This document shows, one piece after another, positions 13,110 to 24,769 of a DNA stretch of 64,000 bases. The stretch is taken from assembly GCF_020745735.1 (NCBI RefSeq), contig NC_083420.1, forward strand, positions 75,965,465-76,029,464. The letters run 5' to 3'. Below the pieces are notes generated by a model, which saw nothing but the letters and a program-made list of their open reading frames with translations, had not been told where the DNA came from and did no database searches. A program made the position numbers and the translations under genes. The stretch comes from Hemiscyllium ocellatum (lineage: Eukaryota). Position 1 is the stretch's first letter. Each line of letters starts with the position of its first letter.

Positions 13110-16100
13110 CTCTTAGACCACAGCACTCCCTCAGTACTGACTGTCTGACATTGCAGTATTCCCTCAGTACTGACCCTCTGGCATTGGTGCTTTCTGTCAG
13201 TCCTAACCTCTGACAGTGCAACGCTCCCTCAATACTGATCCTCTGACAATGGAGCGCACATTCAGTCCTGACCTTCTGACAGTGCAGTGCTCCAGCAGTA
13301 CTGACCCTCCAACAGTGAGGCACTCCCTCAGTACTGACACTCTCTCAGTACTGACTAATTCAAACAGTAGTGCTCACTCAGTACTGACCCTATGACAGTG
13401 CAGCACTCCCTCAGTACTGACCCGCTGACAGTACGGAGCTCCGTCACCATTGATGATCTGATAGTGTGGAACTCCCTCAGTAATAAACTGCTGACATTGC
13501 AACACACCTACAGTACTGACCCTCTGATAGTGCACCACTCACTCAGTACTGACCCTTTGATAGTGATGCACTACCTGAGTGCTGTCCTTCCGACAGTGCA
13601 GCCCTCCCTCACAACTAAACTCCCGACAGTGCGGCCCTCCCTCAGTACTAAATTCCTGACAGTGCGGCCCTCCCTCAGTACTAAATTCCTGAGAGTGCGG
13701 CCCTCCCTCAGAACTAAACTCCTGACAGTGCGGCACTCCCACAGAACTAAACTCCTGACAGTGCGGCCCTCCCTCAGTACTAAACTCCTGACAGTGCGGC
13801 CCTCCCTCAGTACTAAACTCCTGACAGTGCGGCCCTCCCTCAGTACTAAACTCCTGACAGTGCGGCCCTCCCTCAGTACTAATCTCCTGACAGTGCGGCC
13901 CTCCCTCAGTACTAAACTCCTGACAGTGCGGCCCTCCCTCAGTACTAAACTCCTGACAATGCGGCCCTCCCTCAGAACTAAACTCCCGTCAGTGCGGCCC
14001 TCCCTCAGAACTAAACTCCTGACAGTGCAGCCCTCCCTCAGAACTAAACTCCTGACAGTGCAGCCCTCCCTCAGAACTAAACTTCTGACAGTGCGGCTAT
14101 CCCTCAGTACTAAACTCCTGACAGTGCGGCTATCCCTCAGTGCTGACACTCCAACAGTGCGGCATTCCACCAGTACTGACACCACCAGTGCGGCAACACC
14201 CTCTGTCCTGCACCTTTGACAGTGCAGCACTCCCTCAGTACTAAACCTTTGACAGTACAGTACCCCCTCAGTACTATTACTCTGGCAATGTAGCGGTCCC
14301 TCTGTACTGATCCTCTGATGGTGCAATGCTCCCTCAGTACTGACCCTCTGACAAGGTGGCATTCATTGAGGACTGAACCTCTGACAATGTGACACTCCCT
14401 CAGTCCAGACCTCCGTGTGACCCTCCGACAGTGCAGCACTTCCTCTGTACGGCTCTCTGACAACGCAGCACTTCCTCTGTGCTGACCCTCTGACAGTGCA
14501 GCACTCCCTCTGTGCTGACTCTCTGACAGTGCAGCACTCCCTCAGCACTGACGCTACGACAGTGTTGTTCTCCCTCAGTAATGACCGTTCAACAGTTCAG
14601 TGCTCATTTTGTGCTGACCCTTTGACAGTTTAGCACTCCCTCAGTACTAACCTCTGACAGTGTAACACACCCTCAATACTGATCGCTGGCAATGCGGTAC
14701 TCCCTCAGTACTGACCCACTGACAGTATGCATTCCTTCACTTCTCACCCTTTGACAGTGCAGTGCTCCCTCAGTACTCTCCTCCGATAGTTCGGCACATC
14801 CTTTGTACTGACCCTCTGGCAGTGCACCACTCCCTCAATACTGTCTTTCCAAAAGTGTGGCACTCCCTCAGCACTGAGTGTATGGCGATCTGTCAGAGGA
14901 TCAGTACTTAGGGTGTGCCACATTTTGGAAAGTCAGTGACAATGCGGCACTGCCCCATACTGACCCTCTGACAGTGAGGATCTCTCTCAGTACTGACACT
15001 CCAACAGTGAGGCACTGTCTCCGTACTGACCCTTTGATTGCGTGGTGCTCCCTGAGTATTGACTCTCCAATAGTGTGCCACACTCTCAGTACTGACCCTC
15101 TGACAGTGCACCGCTCCCTCAGTACTGACCCTCTGACAGTGCAGCACATCCTCAGTACTGACCTTTGACGGTGCAGTGCTCCCTCAGTACTGACCCTCTG
15201 ACAGTGCAGCACTCCCTCAGTACTGACCTTTGACAGTGCAGCACTCCCTCAGTACTGACCCTCTGACAGTGCAGCACTCCCTCAGTACTGACCCTCTGAC
15301 AGTGCAGCAATCCTCAGTACTGACCTTTGATGGTACAGTGCTCCCTCAGTACTGACCCTCTGACAGTGCAGCACTCCCTCAGTACTGACCCTCTGACAGT
15401 GCAGCACTCCTTCAGCACTGACTCACCGACAGTGTTGTTCTCCCTGAGTAATGACCCTCCAAAAGTGCAGGTCTCGTTTTGTACTGACCCTCTCTCAGAG
15501 TAGCACGCCCTCAGGACTGATCTTCTGACAATGCGGTACTCTGTCATTACCAACCTACCGACTGCGCGGTTTTAGATTAGATTACATTACTTACAGTGTG
15601 GAAACAGGCCCTTCGGCCCAACAAGTCCACACCGACCCGCCGAAATGCAACCCACCCATACCCCTACATATACCCCTTACCTAACACGACGGGCAATTTA
15701 GCATGGCCAATTCACCTGACCCGCACATCTTTGGACTGTGGGAGGAAACCGGAGCACCCGGAGGAAACCCACGCAGACACGGGGAGAACGTGCAAACTCC
15801 ACACAGTCAGTGGCCTGAGGCGGGAATTGAACCCAGGTCCCTGGCGCTGTGAGGCAGCAGTGCTAACCACTGTGCCACCATGCTGCCCGTTCTCCCGCAT
15901 TACTGACGCTCTGACAGTGTGGCCTTCCCCTGGGACTGACACTCAGACAGTGCAGCACTCCCTCAGTACCGACCCTCTGACAGTATAGCACTCCCTCAGT
16001 CCAGACCCTCTGACAGCGCAGCACTCTCTCAATACAGACCCTCTTACGTTGCAGCGCTCACTTGGTGCTGACCCGCTGACAGTGTAGCAATCTATTAGTA

Positions 16101-19100
16101 CTGATCCTCTGACAGTGCAGAACTCCCTCAGTACTGACCGGCTGACAGTGTGGCGCTCCCTCATCATTGCTCTCGCAGAGTGAGCACTCCCTCATTTCTG
16201 AACCTCCGACAATGCGGTGTGTCTTTGACACTGACCCTCTGACAGTGCAGCACTACCTTCAACAGTGCAGCACACACTCAGTACTGACCCTCTGACAGTG
16301 CAGCACTCTATCTATGCTGAATCCCTAACAGTGAAGCACTCCCTCAGTACTGAACCTCTGACAGTGTGATGTGCCTTTGACACTGACCCTCTGGCAATGC
16401 AGCACTCCCTCAGTACTGACCCTCTGACTGTGCAGCACTCCCTCAGTACTCACGCTCTGACACTGCAGCACTCCCTTGGCACTGACCCTTTGACAGTGCA
16501 GCACACACTCAGTACTGACCCTCTGACAGTGCAGCACTCCATCTATGCTGAATCTCTGACAGTGAAGCACTCCCTCAGTACTGACCCTCTGACAGTGCAG
16601 TGCTCATTTTGTACTGACCCTCTGACAGTGTAGCGCAACCTCAGGACTGATCCTCTGACAGTGCGGCACTCCATCAGTACAGACCCTCTGACAGTACAGC
16701 ACTCACTCAGTACTGACCCTCTGACAGTACAGCACTCACTCAGTACTGACCCTTTGACAGTACAGCATTCCCTCGGTACTGACTCTCTCACAGTATAGTG
16801 CTCCCTCAGTACAGACCCTCTGACAGTGGAGTGCTCCTCAGTACTGATCCTCTCATGTTGCAGCACTCCGTCAGTACTGACCCTCTGACATTGCAGCACT
16901 CCCTTGGTATTGACCCTCTGATAGTGCAGCACTCTTCCATTAAAGAACCTCTGACAGTGCAGCTTTTCCTGAGTACTGACCCACTGATATTGCAGTACTC
17001 ATTCAGTGAAGACCCTCAGACAATGTGGACCTCCCTCGGTGCTGACCTTCCGACAGTGCGGCATTCCCTTAGTACTGACATTCTGACAGTGCAGAACGCC
17101 CTCAGTACTGACCCTCTGACAGTGCAGCAGTCCCTCAGTACTGACTCTCTGACAGTGCAACACTCTGTCAGTACTGACCCTCTGACAGTGCAGCAGTCCC
17201 TCAGTACTGACTCTCTGACAGTGCAGCAGTCCCTCAGTACTGACCATCTGACAGTGCAGAACGCCCTCAGTACTGACTCTCTGACAGTGCAACACTCTCT
17301 CAGTACTGACCCTCTGACAGTGCAACACTCCCTCTGTATTGACCCTCTGACAGTGCAACACTCCCTCAGTACTGACCATCTGACAGTGCAGCACTCCCTC
17401 AGTACTGACCCTCTGATCGTGCAGCACTCTCTCAGTATTGACCCTTTGACAGTGCAGCAGTCCCTCAGTACTGACGCTCTGACAGTGCATCACTCCCTCA
17501 GTACTGACCCTCTGATGGTGCAGCACTCTCTCAGTACTGACCCTCTGATAGTGTAGCATTCCCTGAGGACTGAACCTTGGACAGTGTGACATTCCCCCAG
17601 TACAGACCTCTCACAGTGCTCTTGCTCCGATAGTGTGCCATTCCCTCCTTACTGACTGACCAACAGTGCATCACTCCCTCCTTACTGACCCTCCGAGAAT
17701 GAGCACTTCCTCAGTACTGACCCTCTGACAGTGCGGTGTTTTGTCAGTTCTGACCCTCTGCCAATGCAGCACTCCCTCAGTACTGACACTTTAATTGTGT
17801 TGCACTCCCGCATACTGAAACTCTGACAGTGCTGCACTCCCTCAGTACTGACCTTCTAAAAGTGCAGCACACACTCAATACTGATCCTCTGACAGTGCAG
17901 CACTCTGTCTATGCTGACACTCTGACAGTGTGGAGTTCCCTCACTTCTGACGCTCCGAGAGTGCAGCACTCCATTCATACTGACCCCCTGTCAGTGTGTG
18001 GCATTCCCTCAGTACTGTTCCTCTGACAGTGTGACACTCGCTCAGTACTGCCCCTCTGTCAGAGAAGCACTCCCCCAGTAGTGACTCTCTGACAGTTTGG
18101 CACTGCACTGTAATGAAATTCTGACAGTGCGGTATTCCCTCCATTCTGACCCTCCAACATTCCGATACACCCACAGTACTGACCAACCAACAGTGTGGCA
18201 CTGCCTCATTACTCACTCCCTGACAGTGTGCCACTCCCTCAGTACTGATCCTCTGACAGTGCAGCACTCCCTCGGTACTGACCCTCTGACTGTTCAATAT
18301 TAACTCAGTACTGACGTTCCATAGTGCTGCACTCCCTCCGTACTGGTCCTCCCACAGCGCAGCACTTCCTCAGGACTGACCTTCCAACAGTGCGGCACTC
18401 CCTCAGTACTGACCCTCTAACAGTGTGACACTCTCTCGGTACTGCCTCTCTGACAGAGAAGCACTCCCCCAGTAGTGACTCTCTGACAGTGTGGCACTGC
18501 ACTGCAATGAAACTCTGACAGTGCGGTATTCCATCCATTTTCACCCTCTGACATTCCAAAGGACCCACAGTACTGACCCTCTAACAGTGCAGCGCCTCCT
18601 CAGCACTGACCCTTGACAGTATTGCACTTCCTCTGTGCTGACCCTTTGACAGTGTCGCACTCCCTCACTACAGCACCTCTGACAGGGTGGCATTCTCTCA
18701 ATGCTGTTCTTCTGACAATTTAGTGCTCCCTCAGTACTTATGCTCCGATAATGTTGTGCTTTCACAGTAATGACCTTGCAACAGTGCAGCGCTCATTTTG
18801 CTCTGACCCTTTGACAGTGCAGCACTCCCTCAGTACTGAAGGTCCGGCAGTGTTGCGCCCCCTAGTACTGATCCTCTGATAGTGCAGGTTTGCCTATTTA
18901 CTGATCCTCCGACTGCAACGTTAACTTAGTACTCACTCTCCACAGAGTGGCACTCCCTCAGTATTGACCCTCTGACAGTGGAGTGTTCACTGCATGATGA
19001 CCTTCTGACAGTGCAACACTCCCTCATTACAGACCCTCTCACAGTGCAGCACTGCCTAAGCACTCACTCCCTGACAGTACAGCATCACTCGGTACTGACA

Positions 19101-19326
19101 TTCTGACAGTGCAGCACTCCCTCAGTACTGACCCACTGACAGTGCAGCACTCCCTCAGTACTGACCCTCTGACAGTGCAGCACTCCATCCTAACTGACCC
19201 TCTGACAGTACAGCAATCCTTCAGTATTGACAATCTGACAGTGCAGCTTTTCTTCAGTACAGATCCTCTGACAGTGCAACACTAACGTATCACTGACCCT
19301 CCAACAGTGTGGCACTCCCTCAGTAC
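13110..19326. repeat. 33-bp tandem satellite, ~6.2 kb
   Basis: Unit TGACAGTGCAGCACTCCCTCAGTACTGACCCTC, repeated with variable divergence. It explains all the 11-aa-periodic ORFs in this interval. Confidence 0.97.
15571..15888 (-). mobile_element. HE1-type SINE inserted into the satellite
   Basis: Near-identical to 6615-6943; interrupts one satellite unit. Confidence 0.88.
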
Positions 19327-19439
19327 GGCCTTTTTTTTTCTCTTTCTTAATGTTTTGTGGAAATATGGAGACATTGCGTTTGCAGATTCTGAGAAAGTAT
19401 GACAGAGACACACAATCCAAGCCCTGTCTGAAACTTTGC

Positions 19440-19640
19440 AACAGTCTATTCAGAGAGATGCACAGCATGGAAACAGACCTTTCGGCCCAACTTATTCATG
19501 CCAACCAGATATCCAACTTAATTTAGTTCCATTTGCTTACACTTGGCTGATATCCCTCTAAACCCTTCCTATTCACATACTCATCCTGATGCCTTTTAAA
19601 TGTCGCAATTGTACCAGCCCCCACCATATCCTCTGGCAGC
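19440..19640 (-). mobile_element. CR1 3' end fragment
   Basis: CAGCATGGAAACAGACCTTTCGGCCCAAC...TTTTAAATGTCGCAATTGTACCAGC is the reverse complement of a CR1 3' UTR. Confidence 0.6.
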
Positions 19641-20747
19641 TAACTGCATGTCCTTGAATAAGTGTTCAAACATTCATAGAGATGATGCAACCTCAAACAG
19701 ACACCAACCAACGAAATGCTATCACTGTCATTTTCACCCCATCCTTTGGTTCTCCGTTACACTGATTTGAACAGAGGTAAAGAAACAGTCTCAGTGACCA
19801 TCCACCGTGACCTTGTAATAAAGGTTACTTGCAAATTTCACTTGCATGAGATTACCATACCATCCAGTTGCCTGGAGGGTGGGGGTGAGCTGTATTCTCC
19901 TGCTATAGCCCTTGGTGTCCCACGTTGATGTTAGGGAGTGAACTCCAGGATTTTGACCTGAACCATGTAAAGAGCTCTCTTACTGGAGTGCCTTTTTAAA
20001 GTTGGGAAGTTATTATAGACCAGGAGGACCCGAGAGCTGCTATCTTGTCAGAGAGAGAGGGCTGGTGGGTTACACACCTCAGGGGAGGGGCGAGGTGGAG
20101 AAGTTGGGGCCTTGATGGTAATTTCAGACATGATAGAAATTGAGCCAACAATGTTGGCATCACGAACCAGTTAGCTGAGGTAACTGAGACCCCCACCCCC
20201 CCACACACTGTATCAGAGGAATCCAATCCCTATAATAGAGCAAGCTTGGGAATTCAACACTAAAATTAACTTGTACGGACGCGCTGGAAACCTGAACCAT
20301 CAATACAGAGATTGCTGAAGAAGCTAAGCATGTCCGGCAGCATCTGTGAAGGGAGAGAGAGAGAGAGAGTTCACCTTTCAATCCAGTGATTTCTGCGGAA
20401 AAGTTCCTTCAGAACAGACTGTTTTGAGGAAGGGTCACTTGAAATGTGAATTGTTCCTCTCTCTCTCTCTCTTCACCGTTGCTGTCTGATCTGCTGAATT
20501 TGGATAGGTACATGGATGGGTGCTTAATCTAGGATAGATGTTCGGCACAACATCGTGGGCCGAAGGGCCTGTTCTGTGCTGTATTGTTCTATGTTCTATG
20601 TTCTAATTTCCCCAGCAATCTGTGCGGGTGTTTGCTTGAGAATTTGATCTGACCCAATCAATCATGTGTCACTGAGCAACTCAGTCTGTGTTCATGTCCT
20701 CAGGTTGCTTCTGTTGAAAGTTGACAAACAGTTTTAAGGCTTTTAGG

Positions 20748-20918
20748 AGAAAATGAGGACTGCAGATGTTGGAGATCAGAGCTGAAAATGTGTTGCTGGA
20801 AAAGCGCAGCAGGTCAGGCAGCATCCAAGGAGCAGGAGAATCGATGTTTCCGTCAATACTCCTGCTCCTTGGATGCTGCCTGACCTGCTGCACTTTTCCA
20901 GCAACACATTTTCAGCTC
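20748..20918. mobile_element. Penelope-derived fold-back mini-insertion
   Basis: Arms GAGCTGAAAATGTGTTGCTGGAAAAG...CATCCAAGGAGCAGGAG and their reverse complement; same module as the Penelope 3' end at 24635-24764. Confidence 0.75.
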
Positions 20919-21344
20919 AGGTTTAAGCCTTTGTAAGGCATTGTATTTGGAGGGCGGGATGCATGGGGGAACAGATAAAGATTTACGGCACTTCACAAAG
21001 ATCCTTATCAATGTAACTTTATGATGTTAATTAAGAAGGAACAGCTCAGATCTAACATTTCAGTTAATCAGCCAAGAGAAGTATATATGTCATCATAAAG
21101 ACTTGTTGTAAAGATTGTACAGAACCAAACTTTAGTTACTATGTTTGTACATCATTGTTTTTGTGAATAAAGTCTCTGTTTGAAACACATATAAATATTT
21201 TTTCGAGGGGGACCAAGCATCTTGAGCTTGTGGAGGCATTGTCCTTTTCCCTAATCTTTCTTAAATAAACGCTAGACAAGTTAGATACTCCCCGGGTATA
21301 CACATCAAACAGTCATGAACGGGGAGGAGATAGTGGGATTGTCA

Positions 21345-21602
21345 CAGGGGCTCTGTGGTTAGCTCTGTTGCCTCACCCCACCCGGGTTCAATTCCAGCCT
21401 CGGGCGACTGTCTGTGTGGAGTTTGCACATTCTCCCCGTGTCAGCCTCTGGGTGCTTCAGTTCCCTCCCACTGTCCAAAGATGTGCAGGCTCGGTGGATT
21501 AGCCTGAGGGAATGAAGGGATCCAGGGATAGAGTGGGGGTTGGGATGCTCTGCCGAGGGTCAGTGTGAACCTGATAGGCCGAATGGCCTGCTTCCACATT
21601 CT
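21345..21602 (+). mobile_element. Degenerate HE1-type SINE
   Basis: GGTTAGCTCTGTTGCCTCAC...CCGGGTTCAATTCCAGCCTCGGGCGACTGTCTGTGTGGAGTTTGCACATTCTCCCCGTG. Confidence 0.7.
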
Positions 21603-22157
21603 ATAACCAATCCAGAGACCCAAATAATGTTCTGGGCCCTGGGCTCCAATCTTGGGGGTGGCTGTGGGTCACCACAGTGAGAACAGGTTTGGGGATGAAC
21701 ACGGTCCAAGGGGGTAACAGGTTTGTTTTCTGAGGTGTTGAGGGCATGAATGTTCTGTCGAGGTGCTTTGGGGATAAACATACAGAGGAGGTGCTTTCTG
21801 AGATACTGAGGGAGCACTATCTGGCGGTACAGGGTGCAGAAGGTGGAATGGTACAGATACACTTCCCTAATCATTTCCTCTGGGTCCCCAAGGCACGCTG
21901 GTGTGGTCATCTGAGATGGAAGCCACTCCCCATTTTAGAAGATTATATCAACACTCAGTGAAAAATAACACAAACACATGCCTTAAACATTGATTGGAGG
22001 AAAACTGTTATGAATCTATCATCATTTGTTGCTTAGACACGGTTTAGAAAAGCAGGCACCCAAACAGACCAATGCTGTCGATGTACAGGAAGATCCAAGA
22101 GGTTATTTACAGTTGATGTCTGTCTCCCTGCAGAGGTCATCATCCGAGATCAGGGTT

Positions 22158-22159
<2 letters not shown>

Positions 22160-22211
<52 letters not shown>
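22160..22211. repeat. (GT)26 microsatellite
   Basis: Perfect dinucleotide run. Confidence 0.98.
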
Positions 22212-22214
<3 letters not shown>

Positions 22215-22544
22215 CCAAGAAGATAAATTCCTGCTGCTGTTTCAGCGAAGACACAAACATAAAAGTTTTTAAAAGCTGCAAAACTCACTTACCTGTAAAG
22301 TGAATGCTGTAAATCTCCCAAAAGAGGTTCGGATGGAAGGAAGAAAGATTAGATTGAGAAGAGACAGTGCCATTCAGGTGCAGAGGTATTGTTGGAATGT
22401 CTATTCAGGATTTCAGAGAGGAGAAAACACCTTGGAGATAGTTTCTCAACCAACCTGTTCAGTGATGGTATGGTATTCCTCTAGACCAGGTGGGACTTGA
22501 AACTGAATCTCCTAGCTCAGAGGTAAAGATGCTACCACTGTCCC

Positions 22545-24764
22545 TTCCTACCTTCCCCAAGCTGTACAAGGCCTCACCTTCATCCCCCTACGCTCTCGGA
22601 TGAACGAGTTCAACACGCGGCGAGACATCGAACAATTCTTCCGCCGCCTTCGCCTCCGTGCCTACTTCTTCAACCAGGATTCTCGCCCACCCTCTGACGA
22701 CCCCTTCTCCCGCCTCCAACACACCCCATCCACCTGGACACCCTGTGCTGGCCTCTTACCTGCCCTCAATCACTTCATAGCCAACTGCCGCCGCGACATT
22801 AACCGCCTCAACCTCTCCATCCCTCTCACCCACTCCAACCTCTCACCCTCAGAACGTGCAGCCCTCCACTCCAACCCCAACCTCACCATCAAACCGGCAG
22901 ACAAGGGAGGCGCGGTAGTAGTTTGGCGCACCGACCTTTACACCGCTGAGGCTAAACGCCAGCTCGCGGACACCTTCTCTTACTGCCCCCTTGACCATGA
23001 CCCCACCTCCAACCACCAAACCATCATCTCCCAGACCATCCATAACCTCATCACCTCAGGCGATCTCCCTTCCATCGTCTCCAAACTCAGAGTCCCACAA
23101 CCCCACACTGCCCGTTTCTACCTCCTGCCCAAAATCCACAAACCTGACTGCCCCGGCTGACCCATTGTCTCAGCCTGCTCCTGCCCCAGAGAACTCATCT
23201 CTGCATACCTCGACATGGTCCTGTCCCCCTTAGTCCAAGAACACCCCACCTACGTTTGGGACACCACCCACGCCCTCCACCTCCTCTATGATTTTCGCTT
23301 CCCCGGTCCCCAACGCCTTATCTTCACTATGGACATCCAGTCCCTGTACACCTCCATCCTCCATCATGAAGGACTCAAAGCCCTCCGCTTCTTCCTTTCC
23401 CGCCGGACCAGACAGTACCCTTCCACTGACACCCTCCATCGACTGACTGAACTGGTCCTCACCCTGAACACTTTACAACACTCCCACTTCCTCCAAACCA
23501 AAGGAGTAGCCATGGGCACCCGAATGGGCCCCAGCTCTGTCTGCCTCTTCGTCGGATATGTGGAACAGTCCATTTTCCGCAACTACACTGGCACCACCTC
23601 CCACCTTTTCCTCCGCTACATCGATGACTGTATCGGCGCTGCCTCGTGGAGGCAGGTTGAACAGTTCATCCACTTTACCAACACCTTCCACCCTGACCTC
23701 AAGTTTACCTGGACCATCTCAGACACCTCCTTCCCCTTCCTAGACCTTTCCCTTTCTATCTCAGGCAACCGAATCAATGCGGACATTTACTATAAACCGA
23801 CCGACTCCCACAACTACCTAGACTACGCCTCCTCCCACCCTGCCCCCTGTAAAAACGCCATCCCATATTCCCAATTCCTTCGTCTCCACCGCATCTGTTC
23901 CCAGGAGGACCAGTTCCAATACTGTAAAACCCAGATGGCCTCCTTCTTCAAAGACCGCAATATCTCCTCAGACGTGATCGAATATGACCTCCACCCCATC
24001 TCCTCCACTTCCCGCTCCTCCGCCCTTGAGCCCCGCCCCTCCAATCGCCACCAGGACAGAACCCCACTGGTCCTCACCTACCACCCCACCAACCTCCATA
24101 TATATCGTATCATCCGTCGTCATTTCCACCACCTCCAAACGGACCCCACCACCAGAGATATATTTCCCTCCCCTCCCCGATCAGCATTCTAAAAAGACCA
24201 TTCCCTCCGTGACTCCCTCGTCAGGTCCACCCCCCCCCCCACCAACCCAACCTCCACTCCCGGCATCTTCCCCTGCAACTGCAAGAGATGCAAAATTGCC
24301 TCCCCCCTAACTTCCTTCCAAGGCCCAAGGGATCCTTCCATATCCACCACAAATTCACCTGCACCTCCACACACATCATTTACTGCATCCGCTGCACCCG
24401 ATGGGGCCTCCTCTATATTAGGAAGACAGGCTGCCTACTTGCGGACCGTTTCAGAGAACACCTCTGGGACACCCGGACCAACCAACCCAACCACCCCGTG
24501 GCTCAACGCTTCAACTCCCCCTCCCACTCCACCAAGGACATGCAGGTCCTTGGACTCCTCTATCGCCAGGCCATAGCAACACGACGGCTGGAGGGAGAGC
24601 GCCTAATCTTCCGCCTGATGGACACACTTTCCTCATTCCTGAAGAAGGGCTCATGCCCGAAACGTCGACTCTCCTGCTCCTTGGATGCTGCCTGACCTAC
24701 TGCGCTTTTCCAGCAACAGATTTTCAGCTCTGATCTACAGCGCCTGCAGTCCTCACTTTCTCCC
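22545..24764 (+). mobile_element. Penelope-like retroelement (RT + GIY-YIG, Neptune-like Cys linker) with a 3' pseudo-LTR module
   Basis: FFRRLRLRAYF, IKPADKGGAVVVW, FYLLPKIHKP (22600-23160; one in-frame TGA, likely from CGA). FTMDIQSLYTSI, GVAMGTRMGPS, FLRYIDDCIG, FLDL (23215-24192). PCNCKRCK linker. GIY-YIG IIYCIRC...LLYIRKTG...RFREHL (~24350-24470). Confidence 0.92.
24635..24671 (+). ncRNA. Minimal type I hammerhead ribozyme motif in the Penelope 3' repeat
   Basis: CTGAAGA-A-GGGC-TCAT-GCCC-GAAA-C-GTC: conserved core, 4-bp helix II, and palindromic ACGT in place of helix III. Helix I is weak. Confidence 0.6.
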
Positions 24765-24769
24765 AGTGG

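Noticed and set aside
13392-17592. Long ORFs (up to 275 aa) with periodic His/Cys or Ser/Thr, resembling metal-binding or mucin-like proteins
   Set aside because: They follow from a 33-bp (11-codon) satellite unit with stop-free frames. They occur on both strands and have no splice or start context.
21671-21677. Perfect heptamer CACAGTG (another at ~43944)
   Set aside because: No nonamer at 12 or 22-23 bp in either case; isolated heptamers are expected by chance.
21880-21915. J-like peptide LGPQGTLVWSS
   Set aside because: No WGXG in frame, no upstream RSS and no splice donor after it; chance similarity.
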